Shown here piece by piece: positions 11,113-24,699 of a stretch of DNA of 64,000 bases. The stretch is from NCBI RefSeq assembly GCF_016432865.1, contig NC_067401.1, positions 65,782,001 through 65,846,000 of the forward strand. The letters are read 5' to 3'. The stretch comes from Antechinus flavipes (Eukaryota). How positions within the stretch are numbered: position 1 is the stretch's first letter; every line of letters starts with the position of its first letter. Both the position numbers and the translations under genes were made by a program. The notes under the pieces are model-generated. The model saw only the letters and a list, made by a program, of their open reading frames with translations, ran no database searches and was not told the origin of the DNA.

Positions 11113-14100
11113 AGCTCTCATGAGAGCCTTTGTCCACAGTGAACTCACCTCTTCCTTTAAACACCCTATTAGTACTTAGTGTCTATACAGTTTTAAGCTT
11201 AGGATCAGGGAAAAAGCTCAGTTCCAACTCAGAGTCTAGTGCTCCTTTCAATAAATCTATCATCTCATCTACCGTGTTATTTAGTTTTTCACATACTTAT
11301 ATTAAAAAATCTCTTCAACTAGACTGTAAGTTCTTTGACAGCATATATCTAAATTTTTTTATGCTTGTAAAAAGTCAGGTCTGGGAAGGATCTTAGAGAG
11401 AGAAAATATAACTGTCTCATTCGACAAACTAAGAAACTGAGGGTCAGTAAAGGATATTTCATAAAGTAGCCAAGATCCTAAAGTGGCTAAGCAGCAAAAT
11501 GCCAGGACTCTAACCCAGGCCAGAGTTCTCTCCCTGATCCTAAGCTACATCTCCGTTTTATCATTCCACAGCATTCCTTGCACAAAGGAAGTACCCAGTG
11601 AGTATTTGTTGGCTGATTCCACACCTTTACCCATTAAAGAAACCCTGTCTCTCTGGAGACAGTCATTCTTTTACCCTCTACATGTCTAATATTTCAGTTC
11701 TTTCTCATTTTAGTTATGCTAAAAAAAAAAAAAAAGCCCATGAGATTTGTTCTTTATGAGACTCACAGAATTTCAGAGTGGAAAGGAATCTAAGTGGTTT
11801 CCCTCCAAATAAAGGAGAAAAAGAAATCAGCCTTGGCTGCCAGAGCAGATGAGGTATTTGGCAACAGTGATGGATGGGCACCTGTGTGATTTCTGAGTAG
11901 TGCTTTGTTATGTTTCTGGGGTGATGCTTTTATCTTTTTTGTATTTCTCTTTTTTTTCCTCAGTTGGGGGGAAGGGAAGAAAAGTTAGATAGTATAAAGT
12001 GATACCATAAAGTAGAAATGTAGGCAAATACCTATACAATTGTGCTCACTATGCAAAAGAAGGCTTCCGGATCAATAGAGACACCCTAAGATTACAGAAT
12101 AAATGGATCAATGTGTTCAATTCAGAGTCAGAGCATGGAAAATGATCTTGGTGGAAGATATTCTTAGGACAGTGCTGAAGCATCCCAGGTGGTTCTTGGC
12201 CTGGAGACAAACACAGGGCCAGCTAAGCCTAAGCCATCACTGATCAAGGAATTTGGCTTATGACTTGATATTATGAACTTTTAATTACTTCATTCTAACA
12301 GATTACTTCTGATTCAACATGTTCTTTTTTCCCTGGTGAATAAATTATTGAAAGTCCATCCTTACGGTCTGATCATTGTGACAAACCAGAGTATGAAGAG
12401 AAAATGAAGACAGATGTCAGATGGGGCCAATTACAGTGGTGGCAGCAGTTTAAGCAATGCCCTTTAAACTGGAATTTAGTGACAAGGAAAGGCCCCAGTC
12501 AAAAGCCAGAATCCCCTGGTTTGGCTTCAAGGAAGAGCTAAAATACCTAGGAAGCTTACTGGGATCAACATGTCCTAAAGGCACGAGGCTGGATTTCACA
12601 CAATTCAGTTAACAACTACACTTCTGCTAAAAACCTAATAATTTTTTTTCAAATTCATGAAACAAAAGTTTACTATATATCTAAGTGACACAGTGTATAG
12701 AGTATTGAATTAAAGGCCCAAAAAACTTGAGTTCAAATCCTGTCTCAAACTTATTATTTGTGTGATCCCAGGCCAGTCACAACTTCTTAGCTTAAGTTTT
12801 CTTATGTAAAGTGGATATAATAATAACTGTCAAAGAGTTTGTTGTAAGGATCGAAATGAGTTCATCTATGTATAAAGCTTTTTGCAAACCTTAAATCCTA
12901 GAGAACTGTTAGATATTATGACTAGCTACAATATGAAGTTATTATAAGGCAATACAAAGATGAAGAGGAAAAGAAAGGACTCTACCCCCCCCAATGACTT
13001 AATAATCTATTAATGGAGCTTTCAATTTTATGTATATATTTTAGTATGAGGCAATAAAAGAGATAACAAAAATTCTCATTTAACATGATGTTTTGAGATT
13101 TACAATATAAATTTTTTCCTCATAACAATCCCACAAAGTATGTATTATTATTATTCCTATTTTTTTAACATATGAGAACCCTGAGGTATTATGTTATTAT
13201 AATGTATACTGTCCAAGGCCATAAAATTAAAATTTCAGTGAGGAGATTATAGATTTGGGTCTTCATCATTTGTAAAATACAGGTTTTGAAAATCCCTATT
13301 CCCAGTTCAAAATCTACAAATCTATGACCTCTCATTCTCCTCCCCACAAAACCAAGAAAAAAACCAAGTGGGGACATAGGCATTGAGAGGGAGAAATTCA
13401 TACCAGTGGACAGAGACAAAGGAAATAGTAAAATATTAATAAGAAAAGGCAACATTTTTGGTCGCTATGTCTTCAAAGGACAGAAATGGGCTCTCCAAAA
13501 AGAAGAAAGAAACTGTATAATCAAAGATGAGAAGTCAGAAATATTCAGGTTAAGTAGTCCATTTGGAGTGTTGCCTGGAGAAACAGATTAGCAACCTCAC
13601 TTGGCATAAATGCCAACCAAATGAGGTCAGACTTTAATTGTAAAACAAGGGGAAACCATTGAAGATTTGGAGGAGGGCAGAAGAGTAATCTCATCAGGGC
13701 TGTTTTTTAGGAGGACTGATGGACAAGGTGATTTATAGAAGGGTCAAAAGTTACAACTGAAAATGAGCTAAAACCAAAGTCTTTGGGTGCTTTATACTGT
13801 GCAGTTGGGAATGTATTAGAGGTTTTTTTAAATGGTCATTACTCAACAGGTTTGCTCTTTTGTATGTGGTTTGGGTTGAATGTAAATATACTGCCAGCTA
13901 TTTCTAAACAATGACCTCCTTCCCTCTTTGGTCACTCATAAAACAGGCTCAGTTCGCAAGCTGTTATTATTAACACCCACGTTATACCAAATGCATTAAA
14001 GAATAACATCAGAAAAGCAAAAAAGTTACTTAATCCCCCAATGAAAGAACAAGCTCCAATTATTTATGAATTACTCTTTCCCCATTAATTCACCCATTAA

Positions 14101-15604
14101 AAACACATTTTACATAAAAATGGTCTTTGAAGAACGCAAATGTCTCAAGTATATATTTTGAACTATAATTTGCCTCAGCAGAAAGCTAAAAGGTATTAAC
14201 AGTTCTTTGAAAACTAAAACTCTTGTTTGATTGATGGGTAAATGCCTTAGTATGCATGTTTCCAAGTCATATTACATTTTGAAAATCATTTCCACCAAAG
14301 GTAGATAATGACAGATTTAATATTACATTAGCATTGACTACAATAGTTTCCCTTCCACTGTATTTCACACATCTTTAAAAGCACAGGATTAACAAAGAGA
14401 GCAAGAGACTACATATGGGCAGAACCTTGTATAGAGACATTGTTAGGTGCTGTCACTGTAATCAATGTTTTTGCTCAAATATTTTTATTTGTCAATTTGA
14501 AGGTGGGGAAAGCTGTGCCATTCTAGAAAAGATTAGAATGTAAAAACTGAAAGCAGTAATAAAGCACATTTTTAGAGTGATGATAATAGTCAGTGCATTT
14601 ACTATTCTATAGTAAATATTCAACCATCACAAGCCCATCATTTCTCCTTAACACAGTGGTCAACTGTATTCATTCACCAAAACATATACTGGATATGTTT
14701 TTTATGTTTAAGATAATGTGTTGATTCATTAATAGTTAATAAAGGAATAAGGACTATATAGATGTGTAACTCTGTTGTATAACAAAATTAATAAAGTTTG
14801 CTCTCAGAATTGAAATTATTGTTATTTTTGAGTTTTCTGCATTTAATTAGAATTAAGTACCAATTTACCTGAGAAATTTGAAATAAAAACTTCAGATTAA
14901 ATATTTTTCTATATTAAGAAACAAAACCTTTTAAAAATTTTCCTGCTTTTAAAAAAGACAAAAAGGTAAAATATACATAATGTCAAAGAATATGGGTATA
15001 ATATATCCTTCACATGAATATAGAATTTAAGGAAAACAAAATCCCTATAGCTATATAATGGAAACAAAAACAGAGATTCAATATTATAGATATCTAAGTA
15101 CGACATTTCTGACCCTGATAGACACAAAAAGGTAAAACTATCCTAATAAATCACTGCTAGCTTATTAAAAGGTCTCATGTTTTATGCATATATATTTAAA
15201 TGTACGTACATTAGTAGGATACTTTAAAATAGAATCAAAGTTAGATCTTTATTATACAAATAATAAATAATTTTACTTCTTAGAGCTGTTGCCATGTAAT
15301 CATAGATCATATCACCTGGTAACAATGTTCCAGGATAGACATAAAGGTTTCAGGAAGATTATCCTAGTCGGGAATTTGAGAGATACTCATTAATGAAAAC
15401 CTAAGAAGATTTGCCCTTTATTTCTCAGCTCACTACTTCAGTGACTTCACTCAGTTCATATTTCAATCCAACCTGAAAAGTAAAAGAAGTGAACATGTCC
15501 TTTGTGGTGAACTCAAGAGGATCAGTTTCAGCTGATGAGTGGGTAGACAAATGCCCACACAAACTTTCAAAATTTAAGGATAACACAACAAAATGGGCTG
15601 TTCA

Positions 15605-15769
<165 letters not shown>

Positions 15770-16100
15770 TTATTTAGTAGAACTATAAATTTTACAAAAC
15801 ATTCCTAAATTTTAGTTTTAAATTACAAAGTAAATTAGTAATGAAGTTTCCATTTTCCAGGTTAACAGGAGGCAGCATATGAACAACAAAAACAAAAACA
15901 AAAACTTAGAATTGATTCAAAGACTTCCTGGGTCTAAGCAGCCCTAGATTATGAATTCAACACCTCTGGGCCACAGTTACACATTCCCTTTCATTGAGGA
16001 TCAAATGAGACAATGCATTTAAAGGATTCAAGCATAGTTCCAGGCACACAGTAGGCACTTAGATGCTTATTAACTGATTTTTTTAAAAAGCGTTGTACAT

Positions 16101-16243
16101 GGGGCAGCAAGGTGATGCAGTGAATCCCTGAAATCAGGAAGACCTGCGTTCAAATCTGCCCTCAGACACTTAACACTGCCTAGCCGTGTGACCCTGGGTA
16201 AGTCACATAACCCCAACTGCCTCAGCACAAACAAACAAACAAA
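16101..16243 (+). mobile_element. WSINE1 SINE with (CAAA)n tail and degenerate 15-bp TSD
   Basis: GGGGCAGCAAGGTGATGCAGTG...CTCAGACACTTAACACT..CTAGCCGTGTGACCCTGGGTAAGTCACATAACCCCAACTGCCTCAGC. Flanks AAAAAGCGTTGTACA (16085-16099) and AAAAAACATTGTACA (16242-16256). Confidence 0.9.
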
Positions 16244-16529
16244 AAAACATTGTACAGATTTTGAGGCATTATAAATATCTGGTATTATCATTAATAATAA
16301 TAGAAATAAAAAGAATTTCAGGAATATTCAAAGCCCTCTTATCTAAAAATACATACTTTTAAATGTTCTATCTAAAAGTAATTCTGAAGAATAACTAGTC
16401 CTTAAGAGGAAGTGTAGGTGACACAGAAATTGCATTGGCCTTTAAAAGTCCAAAAAGCAGATTTCAAGTTCAGTTCTAATTTACTAATTGGTTGCAAATT
16501 GTACTTGCAAGCAAACTGGTTTCCATCTT

Positions 16530-16830
16530 CACTATTCAACTGAACTTCTTATCTTCCAGATCAAAACAACATTCAAATCACCAAATCTAACAAACTGTCC
16601 ACAGTCCTCATTCTTCTCAACCTTTCTGCAATACTTGGGATTGAAAATCAACCTCTGAAATTTCCATTGTCTTGCCTTCCATTTTCTCTCTTCAAATACC
16701 CAAGGGAAACATATTTGATTTCTAACCCCAAGACTCAATCCTCATTCTGCTCTTCATTTTCTTCCCAAGAGATACCCTACAGAGCAAAGTCCCAAATCTA
16801 CATTATCAACCCTAACCTAAAAATGGGTTA
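16530..16830 (+). mobile_element. L2 LINE reverse-transcriptase fragment
   Basis: Degenerate translation HYSTE...TKSNKLSTVLILLNLSA resembles L2 ORF2. Confidence 0.6.
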
Positions 16831-17509
16831 TAATTTCTTCTGGGTTAAAAACAAGGATCGTCATTATAAAATCAAAATTTTACGTGTGCTCTCAAAGACT
16901 ATCTAGTGTGATCATATGAATGCCTTCTAAAATACCCAACAAGTAGTTATTACTTTGTCTCTAATTTAAAGATCTCCAGTAAAGGGGAACCTACCTTCTT
17001 GAGGAAGCTCACTGCACTTTCAGAGATTTTTAATTATTAAGATGTTCTTAATTACATTTATCTGAAATCACCCTATAATTTCAACCTGTTGTTCCTAGTT
17101 CTGCCCTATGAGACCAAGCATTATAAAAAGTCCTTCCACATGAGACTTTTAAATACAGGTTAATAGGCTTTAAACTGCACCAAGTCTTTTGGGACACCCT
17201 GTACTCTGAAGACTATTATCATACCTACTCCACCTTTCTCACTCACCCCAATTCCAGACTGTCTCATCTCCAACCCCCTTCATGTCCATTGATATGTGAA
17301 ACTCAAAAAATCCAAAACCAAATTCAGTATTCTCTAAAAAAAAAAGACTTGTTACAAATCAAAAAACTTTCCCTTTCATATATTTTTCTACTGCCAATGG
17401 TACCTATTTCACAGAGGTTTTTTTTTAAATGCAGAACTTAAAAAGTAAATACAATTTGCTATTAGTTATGAATTGTGGTTATTATTCTTATCTTTCTTCC
17501 AAGCATCTT

Positions 17510-17701
17510 CAGGGGTCCTCAAACTTTTTAAATAGGGGGCCAGTTCACTGTCCCTCAGACTGTTGGAGGGCCAGACTATAGTAAAAACAAAAACTTTGCT
17601 TTGTGGGCCTTTAAATAAAGAAATTTCATAGCCCTGGGTGAGGGGGATAATCGTCCTCAGCTGCAGCATCTGGCCTGCGGGCCGTAGTTTGAGGACCCCT
17701 G
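17510..17701 (-). mobile_element. Non-autonomous hAT MITE of OC1 (OposCharlie1/hAT1)-type, 192 bp
   Basis: Perfect 16-bp TIRs CAGGGGTCCTCAAACT / AGTTTGAGGACCCCTG. Subterminal ACGGCCCGCAGGCC and AGTGAACTGGCCCCCTATTTAAAAAG are typical of OC1. The TSD cannot be checked because an N gap abuts the right TIR. Confidence 0.88.
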
Positions 17702-17837
17702 NNNNNNNNNNNNNNNNNNNNNNNNNNNNNNNNNNNNNNNNNNNNNNNNNNNNNNNNNNNNNNNNNNNNNNNNNNNNNNNNNNNNNNNNNNNNNNNNNNN
17801 NNNNNNNNNNNNNNNNNNNNNNNNNNNNNNNNNNNNN
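17702..17837. other. Assembly gap (136 N)
   Basis: Run of N. Confidence 1.
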
Positions 17838-18069
17838 ATTGCTGTCACCTTAATGGATATCTCATCATCTAACATATGAACTCAGAATAGGTTCTTCTTT
17901 AACTTTCTAGCTTCTAATTTCTCCCCATTCTATAATCAATCCATATAGTGTGTGACTTTGGCAATGTCATTTACAATCTGTGAATTTCCATTTCTTCATC
18001 TGTAAAACAATGGAGTTTGGAATAGATGATCTCTGAAGTCTCTTCTAGCTCTTTAGCTATGGTTACACC

Positions 18070-18400
18070 AAGTTAACTACTTTTTTTTCTTTTTTCCTTT
18101 TTTTTATTTATTTTAAAACTATTTATTTTAAACTTTAAAATAAAATAAGAAAAAAAAGTCATTGCCATATACAAAAGTAGAACATGAGAGGATTCAATGT
18201 AATATAATGAATTTTCATTTCAAGAAAACATATATAATAAATACATTGTTTTCAAAGCTGCCCAGCTCTCCTTTGCTTTCTTTCTTGTAAATTTTATTTT
18301 GTTCTCTGCTATTCGCTTTTTTACTTTATTTTTCCCCTCTCTCCTCATCTTGTCCCTAAAAAAGCTACAATTAATTGCTGATATATATGCATCAGGTTAA
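18070..18400 (-). mobile_element. Old L1 3' UTR fragment
   Basis: Begins with poly-T and continues with marsupial L1 3'-UTR-like sequence. Confidence 0.45.
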
Positions 18401-21389
18401 CTTTTCTAAAGTGCCACTATGCAAACATTGCTTCTCTGATCAAAAATTTTAAATATTTATCTATATGTAAGATAAAATCCAAATTTCTTCATTTAGCATT
18501 CAAGGTCCTTCACAATCAAATCTGGCACCTTTCCCATATCTCCATCACATATGTATATGTATATACATATAAATGCTAATTTTTATACAGTCAAACCTCT
18601 CCATCAATCCCCTGATATCTACTTTGCAGACTAAGCACTTTTCCAACACCATTCAAATGTTGACACTATTTTCTCTGCCTAAAATGTCCCCACCTCCCCA
18701 CTTTCTTTCCAATTTGTCTAACGTTTACATTGTGTTCAAAGCTTGTCTAAATCCCAGTTTCCCCATTTCAAGTGGCTCTCAAAAACCATGCCAAAGAAGC
18801 AAAGTAATGTAGAGATTGGGAGTTAGATTAAAAATTTGGTCCTATTTTTCCAGTTCTAAGTACTATGATCCTCTAAGTCACTTGGCTTGTACAAGGCCTC
18901 AGTTTCCTTATATATCTCACTGGATTTTACGGAGGAGAAGAACTTTTAAAAGGCATCATAATTCTGATGATTATTGCATACCTATTCTTACTTGGGTAGA
19001 TCCTACCCCAAGCTGAAAAGTTTCCAAGTACCAGCCCAGTAGCGGATGGTACAACAGTCATCCAAGCACTATCATCTAGTTCAGTTCAGAGAGATGTTTA
19101 TTGGCCACAGAATGATGAAATGCTTTATAAAACTTAAATGAATTCTATATCAGAGGGGCAGAATTTATGAAATATATTCTTGCCTCTTCAACTAGGTTAA
19201 TATAACCCATTTAAAAATAAGGATCCCTTCTCATAAATATTTTTCCCTACACGTAGTAATTGCTCAAAAAATGTTGATATGAAGAATACTTATTATTCTA
19301 TATTCAACAAACATTATCTCCATCTTACAGATATATCAACTGAGACTCTGGAAGATTAAATAGCTTGTTTGTAACATTTAATAATCATCAAAGGTATGAT
19401 TAAATTCAGGTCTTCCTAACTCCATATTAAAGCCTTAATAAGAAAATTCCTAAGCAACAACAAAATGTCAAGGAAAAAGCAGCCAAAGGCCTATACAATC
19501 CATTCCCTATATTAAGTTTATAATTTTTTTAAATAGGTTATTCTCGTATTTCCAAACTCTGAAAACTAAAGGAGACTGACCCATTGCCATTTGCCCCAAA
19601 CCAGCAAAATTTCTACTCTGTAGACAAAATATTTGTAATATAGTCTTTTTTCTGAGGACAAAAACTATCCTAGCTCTACAGAAAGGATATGGGAAAAGAT
19701 GGCACCTATCAACATAAACAGCATTTAGACAGCCTCTATTAAGCAACTTTGATTTAAAACGTCAAATAAATGTGTTCAGAACATAGATATGGTTAACTTC
19801 AACTTATACATGCCCAGAATTCAGCACTGGGGTACTTTTCAGGAAGTGTAATTTTCCATTAGAAATCCAAAGGATGTTAACAAGTGAAAAGCAAATATCA
19901 CTACAAATAGAGTTTTGCAAATGACACACATAACCTACAACATTTGATTAAGGGCTAACCTGTTCTTATCATTATCAAACAGAGAACTCTTTGTTCTAAA
20001 GATGTCTGAAGTGATAGCCTAGGCTAGAATACCACTTCTTGTCTATCTGGATATGACGCACACCAATATATATAGAAATTTAAGGTAAAATCATAACCTT
20101 TAGGCTTTGAAGCATTTAAAATTTAATTCAGAGGAAATAAATGCCAGTACAGCAGTTTCTAACTTTCCATTTTTATTTCATACTAATTTAATTTATTTTT
20201 AAAATAAACGAATTAGTCTTAATAGATATCCTTTCATTAATTAGCTTAGATTTATATACTTTGGCTCTATTATAATGAAGACAGTTTCAAAAAGAGATTT
20301 ATGATTAGTAAAGAAAGTGAGTCAGTTATGTGGTAGAAGGTAAGGGTATATAAAACATAGACAACCTACCAATAAATTCCATTGGTACATGGTATCTATC
20401 CACCCCAATGTCAAGACACCTAAAGGAGAGTCATCATCTCAGGTGGTTTCCAAGAGGATTTATGGATGAACAGAGATAAGAATCAATGTATAACACAAGA
20501 TGAAAGGGGTATGGAATGGAAACAATCTGAAAGGTGTATCCACACTGACAAGCTCAATATGCATTGAAAAATAGTTCATGGCATATAAAAAATCCCAATA
20601 AAGAATGAAAATTCTTAATAAAACTTGTCTATATTAAGGAATTGCATGCGGAATAAAAAGGGAAAAGGGGACCCTGGGATCTGAATTGGAAGGAAGAAGC
20701 ACTAAGAGGGAAAAGGACAGCAATAGGGAAAATTGGAACCCAAAATATAAATTTCACAATTGTGCTGAAGGCTGGTTCTATCAGTGTTCAATCATCTGGT
20801 AAAAGATGACTAGTAAAAGAAATACACAGAAGCATATTTGCCAAACTTTCTGAATGCAGGCAATAGTTAATAAAGTACCTGCTATGTGCCTTACACAAAA
20901 TTTATATTGTCAAGGAGATTAGTCTAATACAAGGAAAACCACCCAAACACAAGTAAATATAATACAAGGGAGGATATGAAGAGAGCAACAGGATGTATAC
21001 CAAACCAACAAGGCACTCTATGAAAATTTGAGGTAGGATCATATAAAAAGTCATGGAAGAAACAGACATCTTATTGGACCACGAAAGAAAAAAAAAGAAT
21101 TTCAAATTCAACTTAAAAGAGGGTATGCTTTCTGGATATGAGAGACTATATACAGAATATATAGGGATAGAAAGGTACAGGATTAAAACTGGGGACAACT
21201 AACAATATAGTCTGGCTTTCTTAAGGAGTACAAAAGGGTACCTCTCTTCCCTGCTTTCACTACAGAAGAGGAAGACTATGGCAGTGAAATACCATAAACA
21301 GTACAAATTTCATTGATGGGTTGATTCAGTCTTGCTGAGTTTTTTTTTCCTAATTCTCCATTATAGATGAATTTCTGGATGAAGGAAGG

Positions 21390-21560
21390 ATACATTAAGA
21401 TAAGGATTCCTAATTACTTTTCTCTTACAAACCCCTCTGGCAATCTAGTGAAACCTATGGACTCCTTTTCAGAATAAATTTTAAATGCATAAGATAAAAA
21501 GAATGAGAAAGGAATCTAATTGTAAGTTTAAAAACATTGAAATTAAGGTGATAAAAAAAA
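21390..21560. mobile_element. hAT-Charlie-type MITE relic
   Basis: CCCCTCTGGCAATCTAGTGAAACCTATGGACTCCTTTTCAGAATA; a related copy lies in opposite orientation at ~40605-40810. Confidence 0.55.
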
Positions 21561-23019
21561 ACAAGACAACTTTTAAGAGAGCAGACATAGAATGATAGAG
21601 TGAAGTAAGTTTGGAAAAGTAAAGAGCAAGCAGCTTATGCAGGTCCTTAAAAGCTAAACTAAGAACCTTATATTTTATCCTAGAGATTAATGGAGGAAGC
21701 ACTGATAGGTTTCAGAGCAGAGGTGTGACATAGAAGTGTGCACTAGGAGGCTAACTCTGGAAACTCTGTTTTGAAGATTTGTGAAGTTTTGTAGGAGAGT
21801 CTGTCTCCTCATCCTTTTTTTTTTTTTTAAACATAATACCACTGCTAGAAATGGTCTTCATTCCAAGAGAATTCATCTTTAATCAAGGTATCATTGTGTA
21901 CTTGCTTATGAATATTTTCAGTTCCTCAGAGTGAGGGGAAAAAAGCTGTATAAAATGTTAAAAGTTCATAGCATTTTCACTGAATATAATTTGAAATAGA
22001 GACACCTTTCTTTAGGGAAATAATGGTAAAAATCTGTAAACTGCAAAAGTCAGCCCACGAATTCATCATCATCTCCATATATTCTCTTCCTGTACCTATA
22101 CAGATCACATTTCTGTATCCTAATATCCTTGAGTTTCTAGATTCAAAGTTTCCTTATACCCAGAAGCAAAGTCTCCTAAAAACATGAAACCTAAGAAGAA
22201 AAACAAAGATTTCTTTGATTGCATTCACTCATTTAAGCTCAAGGCAGATGTTACTTTTCTTTGAAGTAAGCACATACATGTTTCAATTTAATTCATTAGT
22301 AAAAATGAAATAAATTATAAAAGAAGATAAAAAATTTGCCCACGGTGACAGAGAATGCTAGTAGCAAGAGTTAACTTCATTCTGAACCCTTCTTCATTGC
22401 CCTTTTAAAAGGAAAAAAAATTGCATCAGCTGTCTTAAAAGCTATTAAGATCAAATTTCATTTAGGTTCTAACTGCTCAAAGTTAAAAAGAATAAAATTC
22501 CTAGACCAAATCCATTGCCAAGGTCAATGTTTCTGCAGTGTCTCAACAGTATCCTTGCTTATGCTGACTTTCTAACCAAATTTTTAAAAAAGAATTTCTA
22601 ATACTGGTGGTTGGTTCCAGCAATATGGAAATTATGGAAGTAGCAATACAGTGTAATCCAAAGAACATTGGACCAGACTCTAGTTCCAAGCTGAGGTTAA
22701 TCATTCAACCTTTCATCTCTAAAATTCTATGACAAGAATATAATTTTCCCTATTAGTCAAACTTGTTGAATTGTCAAAGTGAAGTCTGTGTCCTTTCTAA
22801 ATACAGTATGCCTTCAGAATAAAGTGCAGGGGGCAACCAAAGAGAGGATAGATTCTTGAATTCTTTCTTTAAAAATCAAAACAATTTACAAGACTGAAAG
22901 ATAAGAATAAACCTAACTATGTTACAGACTAGAGAGCAGTTTCTAAAGAACACTTGACTTCTTTTCTACAAAGATAATTTGTTAAAATGAAGGAAAAGGA
23001 AGAAAGCCTCCCAAGGTTA

Positions 23020-23690
23020 AATTTCATAACTGCATTCTAACACATTGCTGGCAGAACTGTAATGGGTACAACCATTGCAGAAAACAATTTGGAATTAAGC
23101 AAATAAAATAAACGTCCATATCTTTTGACCCAGAGAATCCTTTTGCTAAGTATAGACTTAGCAGGGACAGAAAGGAGAGGACATCAAGAGAAAGAAAGGT
23201 GGCAGCAAAAATAATAGCAGCACTTTTTGAGGTAGGAAAAAAGCTAGAAACAAAGTAGTTCCCATCAACTAGGGAATCTCTAAACAAAATGTAATATATG
23301 ATTGTAATAGATTATTAGTGTTTTGTAAGAAAAAAAGGAACATGAATGCAGAAAAGCATGGAAAGACAAAAAGTGAAGTAAGAAGATCCAGGAAAATGAT
23401 GACAACAATGCAAATAGAAAGACAACCACAAAATAATCTAAACCATACATTGTGAAACCATAAAGAACAAGGGTGGTCCCCAGCTCCTTCGCAAAAATAA
23501 AGGTCCCATAGTTACAGGATACCGTTGGATACATCAGATTTTTTTTTCCAAGTACTGACTGGATTTGCTGATTTTTTACTCTTCTTTTTTTTAAATCATT
23601 TGTTATAAGGGATGGCTTTTGGGAGAGAAGGGAAAGGATATCAGAGGAAATCAAAATAATATAAAAATCTATTTTTAACCTCATAACTGT
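23020..23690 (+). mobile_element. Old L1 ORF2 3' end and 3' UTR fragment
   Basis: Decayed equivalent of the L1 ORF2 C-terminal HCWW..IPFDP..LLG segment. Confidence 0.6.
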
Positions 23691-24114
23691 CTTCAAATTG
23701 AATGCTTTGTTCCAGCTCAGACAAATTTAAAATGATATATTGGGGTATATGCTGTATAACAAAAGAGATGTAAAGACTTGTAAACAATGTGAATGTCATT
23801 CATTGAGCAATAGGCTAAATAAACTGAGGAACATAAATAAATGAAAAAGCATTTGTTGAGGTATTATAAAATGTCAAATACTGGAAATCCATGTAAAAAA
23901 AAGTGAGATAATCCATGTCTTCCTCTCAAAGAGCTTACATCTAATAAGTAAAATGAAAAGAATAGGGAATAGTGGCTAAGGAAGGGAGTTTTGATCCAGG
24001 AAAATCATAAGGATAGTGAGTAAAACTGGTAATGATGTTTTTCTCTTTTAAAAATATTGTTTATTTTATTTTTAGAATTTTTTTCATTTATGTTTGTGTA
24101 TTAATTTGAATTGC

Positions 24115-24596
24115 CTTAGGGAGATTCTGAAGATCACCTGGCATCATAAGATACCAGACAATGAGGTCCCTTCTAAAATCTAAATTGCCAAGCATTCCAA
24201 CTCTACTGCAGAAAGCACAACTCCATTGGGCTGGCCACATTGTTCTAATGTCAAAATTACACTTGCCAAAAAAAAATTATTTTATGGAGAATTCACACAG
24301 GGCAAGGGCTCACAAGGTGGTCAGAAAAAGCAATACAAAAACACTCTTCTCAAGGTATTTCTTAAGAACTTCAGAATATGATTATATTCAGAATCTCAAT
24401 TGCACAATTGAGAGATGTGCAAACTTAGAGAAGCTCTCCCAAATGTTCATATGAACTATTTGTGTCCGATATGTGGCAGAGCATGCTGAGCTCATGCTGA
24501 TCTGATCAGCCTCAGTCAGACATTCTAACTTGATTCTAAGATAGTAATTTCATTTTGGTTCTCTTTGAAAATGAAGGAAAACAACAACAACAACAA
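24115..24596 (+). mobile_element. RTE-clade LINE 3' fragment with (CAA)n tail
   Basis: ORF track 24161-24454 gives KLPSIPTLLQKAQLHWAGHIV (RTE RT C-terminus). Ends GAAGGAAAACAACAACAACAACAA. Confidence 0.85.
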
Positions 24597-24699
24597 TACT
24601 TGCATATGTATGTATATATTTATGTTTGTATGTATGTATAAATACGTATTTATCAATATATCAAGATGTATCAATAATACATCTACATAGATGTATTAT

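Noticed and set aside
11149-11197. 49-nt cryptic exon (cctaag|...GAG|GTGAGT) in intron 3
   Set aside because: Lies among SINE-derived sequence, is frameshifting, and such sites are expected by chance. There is no further support.
17638-17875. ORFs spanning N runs (also 28898-29299)
   Set aside because: Artefacts of assembly gaps.
24161-24454. 97-aa ORF as a host gene
   Set aside because: RTE LINE 3' fragment.
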